A DNA stretch of 64,000 nucleotides from a virus: positions 11,110 through 75,109 of the IMG/VR virus record IMGVR_UViG_3300045993_000757. One strand, 5' to 3'. The notes under the pieces were generated by a model. That model saw only the letters and a program-made list of their open reading frames with translations. It searched no databases and was not told the DNA's origin. Shown one piece after another: positions 28,346-39,700 of this stretch; positions within the stretch are counted from its first letter, which is position 1; each line of letters opens with the position of its first letter. The position numbers were made by a program, and so were the translations under genes.

Positions 28346-30610
28346 CTAAGAATGGATGATCACCTGTCCGGGATTGGGCTCGCTGGTCTTTTGGTCCACG
28401 TAGGACTTGAGCTTGTCCAGCTCGCCGGTGGTGTCCTGTTCGATCTTCTTGGCGATCTCAGCCGTCTGCTGCTCGCTCTCGGCCACCTTCTGCTCGATGA
28501 ACTGCTTCACCTGGTCGGCCAGGCCCGCGAGCTGGTGCTGAACGAACGCCTGAACGGCCGGGGCGATCTGCGACTCCGCGGTGCCAGGCAGCTTGATCCG
28601 GAACGACTTCGGGAACTGGAGGCATTCGAGCGCCTCGTTGACCATGCGGATCGTATTCTCCGGCGGGAGGGTCTGGGCGATGGGCGAAGCCATGAAGCCC
28701 TGGAGGAACTGGAGCATCTGCCCGCCGATGGTCGTCCAAGGGATTCGGTTGGGGCCGTCTCGTTGGGCCACGTAGTGCTCCACTCGGAGCATGGACATCG
28801 GGGCCTTGACCATGATCCCGCCGGCGTTGTCCTGGAGCATCTCGAACCCGGCGTCCTTGATTCTCTGGAAGTTCTCTGAGGTCATGAATGCGTAGGCTGG
28901 CATCGTCGAGTTCTGGGAGAAGAACGTGAACAACTGCCGTTTCCAGGCTTCGAAGGTGAAGTCGAACCAGGCCGCGATGTACTCGAACCGGTTCGACGTG
29001 GAGGTGTGGATGGCTCGGATTTCCTCGGCGCTCTGCTCGTGGCTCGCGGAGGAACCGGCCTCCTGGTCGCTCATGCCCACCACCCGCTGCATGAGAGAGA
29101 CGAGCTGGTTCAACAGGTTGATGTGCTGGGCGACATCGAGCTGGGGGAATCGATAGCTCTTGAAGATCGAGTCCACCGACGTCTGCTGGCGGAGAAGCTT
29201 CTTTCCGCTGAACCCCCAGAATACGAGTTTCCGGTAGAGCTTCTCGCCGGGGTTCTCCAGGTCGCGCTTCACCTCGATGGGATCGATGGCGTCCTTGTCG
29301 AACATCGTCACGTTGGCGAGGTTCTGCTTGGCCGACAGGATCCCCTGGGTGAGCAGGTTGGAGGCGTGATCCTGGAACGGCATGAGTTCCACCATGAGTC
29401 CCTGCTGGATGGCCCGGTTACCGATCGGCTCGTACAGCCAGATGACGCCCGGCCGGTCGCACAGGGCCGTGACGTAGAGCGGGGTATCATCGCTAGCCAG
29501 GACGACTCGGAACCAAATGTCCGCGTCCGGCATCGACGGATCCTCGAGCTCCTTGCGCGGGTTGAACTTTTCGAAGTGCTCGGTGATCCAGATGGGCTGG
29601 TCGTCCTCGGCCGCGGTGTACCATGCGGTTCCTTGATCGAGCCGTCGCTCCCGGTCCAGGCGGGAGAACCAGTCGTTGTTCGCCCCGGCGCTCATTCGGC
29701 ATTGCCCGGTCGTCTGGAAGTAAGCCTGCCACTTGGGGTCAGCGAATCGATCGCTTCGCGCGATGCGGTTCAGGTTCCACCAACTCGGCTGGTTCCGGAC
29801 GTTCCCGAAGGTGGTGATGCGCCAGTAGCCGACGTGGGTCACGCCGCAGTCGTTGTTGAACGTCCAGGCTGGCCAATCGATGTCGTAGTAGGAACGGGAT
29901 GGATGCGGCAGGATGTAGCGCAGCCCCTCCTTGCCGACGCGCGGTCCCTCGTCGAGGTAGTCCATCTCGTGGAACCATTCCTCGGCGATGAGCATGAGCT
30001 GTTGCCCGTACATCGCGGCCCCCTGGACGGCCTCGCAGAATGTCTGCGAGTAGCCGAACTCCCGGTTTCCTGTCTCGATGCGTTGCGTGGTGATCTCGGT
30101 TCGAAGTCGATTTTCGTCTGACATCCAGGCCGGCTCGTACTTCATGAGCGGCACGGACAGTCGCTCGTTCAGGATGCGGCTAATTCGCATGAGCAGAGTG
30201 CTGCGAGCCAGAGTGAGATGGATCCCGTAGAAAACGGGCAGGTTCAGCAGGGTGTTCCCGGTTTCCTTGCCTGTCTTGGGGTCCTTTTCCCGTGAAATCA
30301 GGTGGGTCATGCCCCATTTGTTCGCCGCTGAGATGGCGTCCTCGTCGCCGTTGAGTTCCTGGAGGTCGCGAATGAGGCCGACGAGGGTTTGGGATGTCTG
30401 GGAGAATCCAGCGTCCCAGGCTCGATCGATAGCTCCATAGAGACGGAATTGTCCCAAGTTGAAATCGCGTCCCTGTTGGGCCCTGGCTCGCCATCGAGCG
30501 ATGAGACGTTTTTCTGGGAGTCCGATTTCTTTTCCCTCGGGAGGATCGAAACGGGCGCGGAGGGATGAAGCGTCCAACTTTGAGGCGGCTATCGCCTTTG
30601 ACGAGATCAC
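28346..30610 (-). CDS. Portal protein (inverted relative to other virion genes)
   Basis: ~750 aa; ELMPFQD..SNL..Q helix and QSAEEI (TATEI-like) motif typical of P22/podovirus portals; Gln-rich coiled C-terminus; probable GTG start 30610. Confidence 0.7.
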   Translation of the reverse strand: MISSKAIAASKLDASSLRARFDPPEGKEIGLPEKRLIARWRARAQQGRDFNLGQFRLYGAIDRAWDAGFSQTSQTLVGLIRDLQELNGDEDAISAANKWGMTHLISREKDPKTGKETGNTLLNLPVFYGIHLTLARSTLLMRISRILNERLSVPLMKYEPAWMSDENRLRTEITTQRIETGNREFGYSQTFCEAVQGAAMYGQQLMLIAEEWFHEMDYLDEGPRVGKEGLRYILPHPSRSYYDIDWPAWTFNNDCGVTHVGYWRITTFGNVRNQPSWWNLNRIARSDRFADPKWQAYFQTTGQCRMSAGANNDWFSRLDRERRLDQGTAWYTAAEDDQPIWITEHFEKFNPRKELEDPSMPDADIWFRVVLASDDTPLYVTALCDRPGVIWLYEPIGNRAIQQGLMVELMPFQDHASNLLTQGILSAKQNLANVTMFDKDAIDPIEVKRDLENPGEKLYRKLVFWGFSGKKLLRQQTSVDSIFKSYRFPQLDVAQHINLLNQLVSLMQRVVGMSDQEAGSSASHEQSAEEIRAIHTSTSNRFEYIAAWFDFTFEAWKRQLFTFFSQNSTMPAYAFMTSENFQRIKDAGFEMLQDNAGGIMVKAPMSMLRVEHYVAQRDGPNRIPWTTIGGQMLQFLQGFMASPIAQTLPPENTIRMVNEALECLQFPKSFRIKLPGTAESQIAPAVQAFVQHQLAGLADQVKQFIEQKVAESEQQTAEIAKKIEQDTTGELDKLKSYVDQKTSEPNPGQVIIHS

Positions 30611-30627
30611 CTGGCGAGCTTGACACC

Positions 30628-30646
30628 TTGGACAAATAATGTCCAA
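30628..30646. promoter_or_regulatory. Palindromic site TTGGACA-N5-TGTCCAA (copy 2)
   Basis: Centred between divergent portal and tail genes; TTGACA at 30620. Confidence 0.6.
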
Positions 30647-30690
30647 CCCCCGCTCTTGCGGTTTCGGGCCTGGGAGAGTTCAATCCCCGC

Positions 30691-31782
30691 ATGGCGGCTG
30701 CCCCGATTCTTCCAGGAGATGTTTGTGCGCTTCGAGTCTCCACGACATCGAGTCCATGCGTCAAAGCGACTTCGGCGCAGCAAACCACGAACGCATTGTG
30801 TTCGCTTGTCACCTGGATGATGAATGCGGACGGAACTGTCTCGGATCTTTTCAAGGAATGGGCCGGGACTGGTGGCGGAGGAACGGGTGGAACATCTGAA
30901 CTTGCTGCTCCAAGTGGAGTCACGGCAAGCAGCGACCGAACGACGGACATTAAGGTTCAATGGTCGAGCGTTTCTTCGGCTACGAACTACACAGTCTACC
31001 GAGGAACCAGTTCTGATCCTGCAACCATGTCGATCATCGCCGGGCCGATCACCGAATTGTCTTACTTGGACACGAGCGCGGCATCTCACGTTGGAACTCA
31101 TTATTTCTACTCCATAAAGGCATCAAGCTCCGTTTTGAACAGTGGCTTTTCAGCGGTGGCCGAAGGAGTTGTTCCCACGAGCGCAGGAGGGTCTAGCACG
31201 GTGACAGATTATCAGAATCCAGGAACTCTTAGGACAGTCGTCGTCCCATCGGGTGTTAGCGTAATGGAAATTCAGATTTGGGGAGGTGGTGGTCCCGGTG
31301 GAACGGAACCATCAACCGGCATAGACAGTTGGATTCCGGCGGGGGCTCCACCGTTCCTTTTTGGGGGAGGGGGATCTAGCGGGGCTTTTATTCAGATCAC
31401 AGGAGTTTCGGTTACTGTCGGACATACTTTCATCCTAGACGTGGGTGCGTCCGGAGAATCATCGATGATCTACGATACGACCTTCGGAAGCTCCACCTTC
31501 GCCTACGCTTCGGGGGGGAATTCCGGTGGAAATGCTACCCGGAGTTCAGTTCCGGGATCCGGCGGAGCTTCTCCTGTAACATCTGGAGAAAACTTTCTTG
31601 GATCCGGAACTATGGATACTGTTACCCCAGCCAATCCTGGTACAGATGGAAGTGCTACTGCTGGAATTGGAGGAGCAGCGATTGCCTTTGGTGGTATATC
31701 GGCAGGAGCCGGAGGGAATGGTTCCAAAGGAGGAACCATACTCCCTGGCAAGGCGGGACGCATCAAGGTGATCTTTACGTGA
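30691..31782 (+). CDS. Tail-associated protein with FN3 and Gly-rich domains
   Basis: APSGVTAS..I.VQWSSVSSATNYTVYRG..Y.D...YFYSIKA (FN3); VPSGVSVMEIQIWGGGG (Gly-rich domain). Confidence 0.7.
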   Translation: MAAAPILPGDVCALRVSTTSSPCVKATSAQQTTNALCSLVTWMMNADGTVSDLFKEWAGTGGGGTGGTSELAAPSGVTASSDRTTDIKVQWSSVSSATNYTVYRGTSSDPATMSIIAGPITELSYLDTSAASHVGTHYFYSIKASSSVLNSGFSAVAEGVVPTSAGGSSTVTDYQNPGTLRTVVVPSGVSVMEIQIWGGGGPGGTEPSTGIDSWIPAGAPPFLFGGGGSSGAFIQITGVSVTVGHTFILDVGASGESSMIYDTTFGSSTFAYASGGNSGGNATRSSVPGSGGASPVTSGENFLGSGTMDTVTPANPGTDGSATAGIGGAAIAFGGISAGAGGNGSKGGTILPGKAGRIKVIFT

Positions 31783-33542
31783 GCACCACCGCCATCAAGT
31801 CCGAGAAGCCTTTCCCGTGGCCGAACATGACGGCCCCCATGGACTCGCGATCTCAGCCCGATCGCGTTCCGTGGGGAAGGTGGCGTTACGTTCTGAACTC
31901 GCGCGCGGTCGAGAAGGGCAGAGCTTGCCGCCGCGAAGGATGGCAGCGTTTCGGCCACCAGACAGGACATCCCAACTGCGATCTTCATGACCAGCACGGG
32001 GTCAATCAGCGCATCCATTCAGTCTTCGCGTACAAGTCCCCGGGCCGAACGGACTCCGGGAACCGACTCTACGCCGCTGCCTCCACGGAAATCTGGGAGA
32101 ACCGAGTCGATGGCGGATGGAATAATGTCGGCCATGCCCTCCCGACCGGAGGCGATTGGTGCTTCACGAGCCTCAACGACATCGTCATCGCCGCCAACGG
32201 AACCACGGTTCTCTGGCACCGGGCCGACTTCGAGCCCTTCGCGGAGATCCCATCCCTGGCCACAATCGGGCTGACGGGAGCCGCGGTTTGTTGGACCTAC
32301 GAGGGGGTGATCTTTCTCGCCGACGTGGTCATGGACAACACGGTTGTCGGAAATCGAATCGTGTGGGGTGACCTTGAGTCCATCGAGTTCGAACCCACCA
32401 CCAGCAGCATCGCCGGATTCAAGGACCTCGAACCAGGAGAGCGTGTTCTAGCCGCGGTTCCAACGGGCACGACTTACACCATCTTCACGACGCACGGGGC
32501 ATGGCGCCACGGGGTGGTCGATGGGGAGTTCGTGTTCCAACAGCTCTACCACTCGAAGACCAGGGACGCCTGCGCGGTGGGGAGGCACGCCATCGTTACG
32601 AATCGGGAGATCGCCTACTTCATCGCCACGGACGGCATCTACGCCATGTCCACCTACAGCCCGGCTCCCGAGTGGTCGGAGTGGATGAACCAGGGGCTTC
32701 CCACGAGCTTCCTGGCGGACGGTCATTGCGTGATCAGCGCATCTGGATACGACCCGATCCGAAACGAGGTGCTGTTCAGCTCGGAAGATGCGGGGCTCAC
32801 CTACGTCATCAACACCCGTCAGACATCCACTTCCCTGATCGACCATGCCTTCATCGCCATGACCCAGGCGGACATGGATCGCGGTCAAGATGTGGCTTCG
32901 TGGTGGGTTTCAGCCGGCATCTGCACCGCCGCGGAAGTGGATGCCAAATATCCAGTGGGCCCACGAGACGATCCCAGAATTCACCCCGCCGTCACGGGAA
33001 CCGCGGATGGATGCGCTCCGTTCGATGCTCCATGCGACGATTGCGCGGTGTCACCTGAGTTCGTTTTTGTGTCGGCGGACGACAACACGCTGAAGGTGAT
33101 CGACGAATCGTTTTACGCCCGTGAAATGTGGAACGGAACGGGCTGGGATCTTGAGGGATACCAGACCCGATTCGTGACGGGCAGCGTGAACTGGGGAACC
33201 GACGTCCTCAAGCGGGTGAACAAGGTCACGGTGGACTTCACCGCCCAAGCCACGGACGTTCCCATCGAGGTCCAGCTCGTGGTGGGCACGTCATCGTCCC
33301 CCATCGATCCGATTTCAACCTACCGACCGGCCGCGAGACTGTTGCGCCTCACCAAGCGAAAGCTGGAAACCCCCAAAACCCCCGGGTCCGATTCTCCCCA
33401 CATCCAACCTCTTCAGTGGATTTTCATGGTGGACGCTCGGTTCATCAGTCTCGAAATCAAAACCGAGGTAGTGACGGGGGGCGCTTCCTGCTTCTCGAAT
33501 CTCCTGGCTCATGCCGCCCAAAGCCCCAACAGCGCCACCTGA
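31779..33542 (+). CDS. Tail nozzle/stabilisation protein (P22 gp10/T7 gp12-like beta-propeller)
   Basis: 587 aa beta-rich; NRIVWGD, YFIATDGIY, YDPIRNEV, LKRVNKVTVD pattern; precedes ejection genes. Confidence 0.6.
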   Translation: MSTTAIKSEKPFPWPNMTAPMDSRSQPDRVPWGRWRYVLNSRAVEKGRACRREGWQRFGHQTGHPNCDLHDQHGVNQRIHSVFAYKSPGRTDSGNRLYAAASTEIWENRVDGGWNNVGHALPTGGDWCFTSLNDIVIAANGTTVLWHRADFEPFAEIPSLATIGLTGAAVCWTYEGVIFLADVVMDNTVVGNRIVWGDLESIEFEPTTSSIAGFKDLEPGERVLAAVPTGTTYTIFTTHGAWRHGVVDGEFVFQQLYHSKTRDACAVGRHAIVTNREIAYFIATDGIYAMSTYSPAPEWSEWMNQGLPTSFLADGHCVISASGYDPIRNEVLFSSEDAGLTYVINTRQTSTSLIDHAFIAMTQADMDRGQDVASWWVSAGICTAAEVDAKYPVGPRDDPRIHPAVTGTADGCAPFDAPCDDCAVSPEFVFVSADDNTLKVIDESFYAREMWNGTGWDLEGYQTRFVTGSVNWGTDVLKRVNKVTVDFTAQATDVPIEVQLVVGTSSSPIDPISTYRPAARLLRLTKRKLETPKTPGSDSPHIQPLQWIFMVDARFISLEIKTEVVTGGASCFSNLLAHAAQSPNSAT

Positions 33543-34228
33543 TGCCATCCCTGAATTCACCAGCTCTGAGCGCATCGCCGACCACGGCTCCTCGCCCACC
33601 GTCTCTTGCCGACCTGTACACCGACAATGTTTCGGGAGGTCTAACGAGCGTGTTCCAGGCATGGGACACCGCTTTTCAGCTCTACGTGGACAATACCAAG
33701 ATCGCGTCCGCTGTGTCCGCAACTCCGCCTCTTATGGGCGGTCCCTTGATGACTCCGTCGCAGATCGACGCCAAGAAAGCATCTGCGATTGGAGCCAGTG
33801 ACCGCGTCCTCGGTTGGGCTCGGCTGTGGTTTCCCAAGGATGATGGGAGTCGATCTTCCTTCGTGGCCTTGAACACATCCGTTTCGGCATCGGGCTGGCC
33901 CATCGCGATTCTCTATGACAGGACGAATCCAAATGGTGTGGTGACCATCCAGTGGAAGCTCGGGAAGGATCATCTTGAATACCTGAAGATCCCCAAGAAC
34001 CGCGTGAACACACCCGGGCTTGATGATCCTCATCTTCGAGTTTGGTTACTCCCCGCATCCCAAGACACGTTGTACGACGTCGTTGTTCGCAACCGAGGGT
34101 TTCGATCCAGCCTGGTGACCTCTCCTACGGGGGCCACCGTCGCCGGGAATTGGGTGTACACCACCTGGCTCGAGGACAAGGCGGGCAAGAACATTCCGAT
34201 CCACTCCATTTACGCCGAACTCATCTGA
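33542..34228 (+). CDS. Hypothetical virion protein
   Basis: TGATG overlap with preceding gene. Confidence 0.55.
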   Translation: MPSLNSPALSASPTTAPRPPSLADLYTDNVSGGLTSVFQAWDTAFQLYVDNTKIASAVSATPPLMGGPLMTPSQIDAKKASAIGASDRVLGWARLWFPKDDGSRSSFVALNTSVSASGWPIAILYDRTNPNGVVTIQWKLGKDHLEYLKIPKNRVNTPGLDDPHLRVWLLPASQDTLYDVVVRNRGFRSSLVTSPTGATVAGNWVYTTWLEDKAGKNIPIHSIYAELI

Positions 34229-34231
34229 CCT

Positions 34232-34957
34232 ATGGCCGCAACATCCTGGACCACGCTGCCGTCCGCATCCAAGAACCCCACCGCCACCGGAGCCGCAGCG
34301 ATCCCCGACTACTTCGGCACCGCGCAGAACTCGCCGGAGCAGATCATCCGGCTGGCCAAGATCCCCGGGGCGGATCCTTCCATCTACCAGCAGTTCCAGG
34401 ATGCCAACACGCTGCGAGACACGATCAACACGCATCTCGGCACCTACTTCGATGCCCTGAGCAAATCCCAACCGTCCTACGACACCGCGGCGCAACAGGA
34501 CCAAACGGAGCTCTCGAACCTTTTCAGCCCCCAGGGATACCAGTCGGATCTGTCCGGTATTCGAGCGCGCCGGACAGCGGCGCTCTCCAATCTTGGCCAG
34601 TACCTCTTTGGAGACCTTCGCCGATCGCTGTCCATGGGACGGGTGGGCGGGGCTGGGGGCGCGGGTCTCTCGTCCTACCTTGCCAGAATGGCCGCGGGTG
34701 AGGCCGGGAAAATTCAAGCGAACCAACTTCTCGATTCCACGACACAGCAACGGACGGACCTCGCTTCCCTCATGGCAGCCCGGCAGGGATCCGTTGGGAA
34801 ATCATCGACGTTGCTCGATTCCAGTCTCAACCGACTGCTTTCTCCGATCGATGTCTCGGCGAAGGCGAACAGTGTCTACGCGAACGCCATCCAGCAGGCG
34901 ATTCAACAGGCGCTCTTGAACTCCATGATGGGCGTCGGAGCCCAGAAAACCCAATGA
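34232..34957 (+). CDS. Putative internal virion/DNA ejection protein
   Basis: Ala/Gln/Ser-rich helical protein in the ejection-gene position. Confidence 0.55.
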   Translation: MAATSWTTLPSASKNPTATGAAAIPDYFGTAQNSPEQIIRLAKIPGADPSIYQQFQDANTLRDTINTHLGTYFDALSKSQPSYDTAAQQDQTELSNLFSPQGYQSDLSGIRARRTAALSNLGQYLFGDLRRSLSMGRVGGAGGAGLSSYLARMAAGEAGKIQANQLLDSTTQQRTDLASLMAARQGSVGKSSTLLDSSLNRLLSPIDVSAKANSVYANAIQQAIQQALLNSMMGVGAQKTQ

Positions 34958-36792
34958 CCGCCATCGAAGCCATGCGCCTTTCCCTGGCGCACAATCTTGG
35001 GTCCGCGCGCAACACTCTCGCGCCCGGACTGGAACTTCCCGCTTACACGACGGGCATGGATCCCAACGTGTGGTCGTCGCGCATCCAGGCGATGAGTTTG
35101 TCCCGGCTTCAGCCGGCGGGGTTCGCGACGTCCCAGTACAAGTTCCAGAATACTCCGGGATCATTCGACTTCGGGGCCCCCACAGTTTCCAACGCGCTCA
35201 TGGTTCCCAAGACGGACCTCGAGAAACAGCAAGCTATCCAGTCGCTCATGTCTGTCATGGCTCCCGCTCCGAGATCCCCATCTGCCGGCGGAAGCTCCGC
35301 GGATTTTGGAAGTGGGACCTGGCTGTTCGGGAATGACTTCGGCGGACTTCAGTCGGCCTTCCTCGCCAGCGCAGCCCAGGACGAGGCGGCGCGAGCGGCC
35401 CGTGTTCGCGAGGCCCAGAACCAGGCTCAACTGAATCTCACGGCCCAAGCCCAGGCCCAGGATCGAGCGATGAGGCAGCAGGCGGCGCAGCAAGCCCTCA
35501 AGCAGTCTGACTTCCAGAACATGATGTCTCTGGCCGGGCTCTCCGAAACGTCTGGCCAGCACACGTTTGAGGATCAGCTCAACCTGATGAAGCTGACCGG
35601 AGCCAACATGGACGCCGAGCAGATGTCGAAGCTGGGCACGGACTCCATCATGGCCCAGTTCGACGCTGCCACGAAGCAGCAGAACGCCACGAGCGGGTTC
35701 AACGATCATGTCCAATCGATGGTCAACGCCTACAACGACGCCACCACCGGGGAGAAGATCGGTTTGACCATGCACAACGGGGTGTTGGTTCCATCGGTCT
35801 CCAAGGGAGACGCGGGCGGTACGAAGCTGATCAGCGACCTGTATTCCAGCCCAGCCTACGCGGCGATCACCGACGCCCAGAACGCGGTGACCAAGGCCCA
35901 GGCGGACTATGCCAAGCTCGCGTTCGTGAAGAAGGCCAGCACGGGGCTCATGCCATCCTCGATGCCCGCCAGTGGCTTACCGGTGAACCCGATCCTCCAG
36001 AACGCCCTCCAGCGGTACGGGGTGAATCTGGGTGGCGTGGCTCCGCGCACGGCAACGGCTGTGGCTTCCTCGGCCAGGAGTGGGGCCACCCCTTTCATCC
36101 TGCAAGATCAAGCGGCGGCTCGTGGGGCGGCGCAGGCGGCATGGAATGCCCAAGGTGTGCCCCCCGCGGCGTGGCAGGATGGCATTGGAGAGCTTCCATT
36201 TGGGGCAAATGTGGCAGCACCCGCAGCTACCCCGAGAACTTATGTTCAATACGTCCCCGGATCCGGAGATCAGATTGCTCCTTCATCCTATGCCACAGGG
36301 GTGACTGGTGCAGGCGGTGGGGGGGACATACGCCTTCCCAATTCCGGCGGATCAACTCCCGGTTCGATTCAGCTTTCGGACGGGACCGTGGTCACCGCCA
36401 CGCCATCTATTCCTTATTCTCCATATAGCCCGGGTTATTCCCCAGGAGTGTCTGGTGCTGGCGGAGGTGGGAACATTCAACTTCCAGTATCGTCATTGAA
36501 TGGGACTTCTGCGGCTTCCATAGAGTGGACGCTTCGACAGGCTTTGGGAGAGTTCCCGGGAACATCGTCTCAACTCGCGCCTATCTCTCCCGAACAGCGC
36601 GCCGCCGCCATCGCCGCCTACCTTCAGGCGGGCGGTGTCCCATGGTGGCCGGGTGGGATGCAGGGGGCCCCGTACCCCGGCCTTTCAAACTCCGCGATTC
36701 TTCCATCCATCGTTCGTCCCGCCGCGCCGATTTCAGGCAATCCGTTCCGATACATTCTTCCGCCCCCTTTGCCGACGTCATTCCGAGGCTGA
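34954..36792 (+). CDS. Putative internal virion/DNA ejection protein
   Basis: Ala/Gln-rich coiled coil followed by Pro/Gly-rich region; directly before giant protein. Confidence 0.55.
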   Translation: MTAIEAMRLSLAHNLGSARNTLAPGLELPAYTTGMDPNVWSSRIQAMSLSRLQPAGFATSQYKFQNTPGSFDFGAPTVSNALMVPKTDLEKQQAIQSLMSVMAPAPRSPSAGGSSADFGSGTWLFGNDFGGLQSAFLASAAQDEAARAARVREAQNQAQLNLTAQAQAQDRAMRQQAAQQALKQSDFQNMMSLAGLSETSGQHTFEDQLNLMKLTGANMDAEQMSKLGTDSIMAQFDAATKQQNATSGFNDHVQSMVNAYNDATTGEKIGLTMHNGVLVPSVSKGDAGGTKLISDLYSSPAYAAITDAQNAVTKAQADYAKLAFVKKASTGLMPSSMPASGLPVNPILQNALQRYGVNLGGVAPRTATAVASSARSGATPFILQDQAAARGAAQAAWNAQGVPPAAWQDGIGELPFGANVAAPAATPRTYVQYVPGSGDQIAPSSYATGVTGAGGGGDIRLPNSGGSTPGSIQLSDGTVVTATPSIPYSPYSPGYSPGVSGAGGGGNIQLPVSSLNGTSAASIEWTLRQALGEFPGTSSQLAPISPEQRAAAIAAYLQAGGVPWWPGGMQGAPYPGLSNSAILPSIVRPAAPISGNPFRYILPPPLPTSFRG

Positions 36793-36795
36793 CCC

Positions 36796-39700
36796 ATGCC
36801 CAAATATCCGCTGACCTTGCCGAACGGACAGTCGTTCGACATCGACTCGCCGAACGAGCTGTCCCAGTCCCAGCTCGCCGAAGCCCAGGGCCAGCTCATG
36901 GCCCAGTTTGGACAGGCCCAGCCCGACCCGACTCCGGTCGCCGAACCGTCGTTGTCCAATAACGCCTTCGATCCGATCGGTGCGGTGCGCGATGCCATTG
37001 GACAGGAACTGCCTCCGCCAGAGTTCGGCGCCATGGATGTCCCTGGGGCGGCAGTTCGATCCACCATGGGTCAACTCGGTCAGGGGATGTTCAAGATCGG
37101 GCTTGGAGCCATGGGTCTGACTACGGGCCCATTGGTTGATGTGCTGACGGGAAACACACCCTTCCAGCAGAACCCAAGCTGGGAAACCCTGGGAGAAACG
37201 CTCAATCCCGCGAAGTCCTACGCCCGGTTTAAGCGCGGCGCCATGGCGCAGAATATAAATGACCTAGCGCGTTCTTCGGTCCCCGTCTGGGAAAGGCAGA
37301 ACGATCCTTCCATCGCCCAGCCCACAGGGTTCACGAAGTCAGCCATCGATTTCACGGGGGGCGTTGCTTCCTCCGTCATCATGTCCCTTCCCGCCATGGT
37401 CACCGGGATCCCCGGGCTCATCGGGATGTCCATGGCCACGTTCGATCCGGCCTTTGAGGAGGCCCAGTCGAAGGGCGCAGGCGACACAAAAGCTTTCGCG
37501 CACGCCGTCCTTTCCACGGCGTTCGAAGCGGGATCCGAATACGTCGGATCGGCCTGGGCCAAGACCGCCCGGATGATGGAAACGATGCCGTACCTACCGC
37601 CGACCGTGCGGAAGTACCTGTTCCAGGCAGAGCGAGGCCCCGTGGAGGATGCCGCCAAGGAAGCTGCCAGGAGTTTCTGGGGGACACTCGTTGGCACAGC
37701 CAGCAGGAAGGACGGGATCCACCTCGGCACCGCGACGATGGAAGGGCTGGAGGAAGTCTTCAGCACCGTGGCCCAGCGCATGAGCGCGGCCATGCTCTAC
37801 GACCCGACCCAGATCACGAACATCGGCGACCTGATGATGGACGCCGGGATGTCGTTCCTGGGCGGTGCCGCGGCGGGTGTGGCCTTCACCCCGCTGGAGC
37901 GCCGTGTCGCGCGCCAGAAGGTCGGCGAGGCGATGCGGAGCGGTGTCTTCGAGCAGTACCGCACGGCCCTGGAAGCCGCCAAGAAGGACGGCGCGTACCG
38001 ACCTGAGGACCAGAAGGTCGTCAACGAGGCGGTCACCGGCCGTCGCCTGATGGAGCTTGGGGCTCTCTGGGGCAACACCGACATGGTGGCCAAGGGGAAG
38101 GAACAGCTCGCCGCCGCCACCACGCCCGAAATGGCAGCCGCCACGGAGGCGGAGGTGAAGAAGGCCGCGGAAATGTTCCACGCCGTCCAGACCCCGGAAG
38201 GAGCGGCGACGGCTCACAAGCTGGCGGTCGATCAGTTCGGTGCGGACAGTCCCCAGGCGAAGAAGATGGCCGAGCTAGTGAATCAGGCCAACGAGCACCG
38301 GCTGGACATCGCCCGTGCCCAGGCCGTGCAAACCTCCGGCCCCGGCATGAAGTCGGAGGAGTGGGCCAAAGTCGTCACCCAGGAAGGTCTTTCGCCTGAC
38401 CGCGTCGAGCTGCACGCCAGCCAGGGATTCCGCGACAACGAGACGGGTCTTCCCACCGAAAATCCCAAGGATTCCCAGGGCCGTCCCAATCAGGAGCAGG
38501 AAGGCTACGTCGATCCGCAGACCGGCAAGATCCACATTTACCAGGGGTCCATCCTGGGCGACATCAACGCCGGCCGGGGATCCCGCCGCGTCCGCCAGCG
38601 TGAGCACTTCCGCCAGGTGTTGCGGGAGGAGGCCGCGCACACGGCGCTTCAAACGCCCCTGGGCCGGAGCCGCCTCAACGCCTACGTCGAGCACCTTAAG
38701 GCGAACGACTCGAAGGCCTACCAGGCGATCGTGGACACGCTGGCAAGGCAAGGATACCACCCCGACATCATCCCCGAGGAGTACGTCGCCAAGCTCTACC
38801 GGCAGCAGTCCTGGTTCCAGCAGAAGGTCGATGACTTCATGCTGGCCCTGCACCGTTGGACCGGCATCGGGAAGCTGAATCACGTTCGCGCCGGACGCTT
38901 GCTGATCCGCAGTCTCGTGGAGCATTCCCGGCAGGGGAACCTTCGCGGGAACGCCGGCGCTTTCCAGCCTGCCAACGCCGCCGCCGATGTCCGCCAGCAG
39001 GAGTCGCGGCTGGACATGGCCAGGATCCGCGCCCTGAACACGGAGGAGGCCAAGGTCATCGCGTCCGGACACGCCGCGATACTGACCCAGCCCCAGCTAG
39101 AGCAGGCGATCCGCGACCTGACGACGCGCTTGGAACTCATGAACCGCCAGGGGATCGGCGGCATGGTCAAGCTGGAGACGGAGCGCGTCCTGAAAGCGGC
39201 CAAGGACGAGTTTGTGGCCCGCGAGAACGTCCGGCGTCAGGCCATCCTGAACCAAGCGACCGCGCCCGTGCAGCCGCCGACGCCCAACACGCCCCAGGGC
39301 GGCACGGCACCTTTCGTTCCGGTCATCGACCAGCAACCCCCGACACCACCCCCCAATGCCCCTGATCAACAGCAGCAGCAAACAGGCAGTCAGCCAGAAC
39401 ATCCGAACGGAAATGAAGGCGGGCAAGCCCCAGAAGCAGGCAATAGCAATAGCCCTGGCAGTCCAGCGGAGAGCGGAGCAGAAGCGCCGAATCCGGAAGA
39501 AAGCAAGGTAGCCAGCTACGTTCCGCCGGAGAACCCCGGCCACATTGCTGCCGACCTTTCGACCAAGGTTCAGCAGGGGGATTTGACGCGCGACGAAGGA
39601 ACCGCGCTGTCGATCAAGTTTGGGGTCCAGGGCGAGTTCGATCAGTTCATGGCCCTGATCGACAAGGTCGCCGCCCGCGAGGCTTCTGGAGAGGCTCAGG

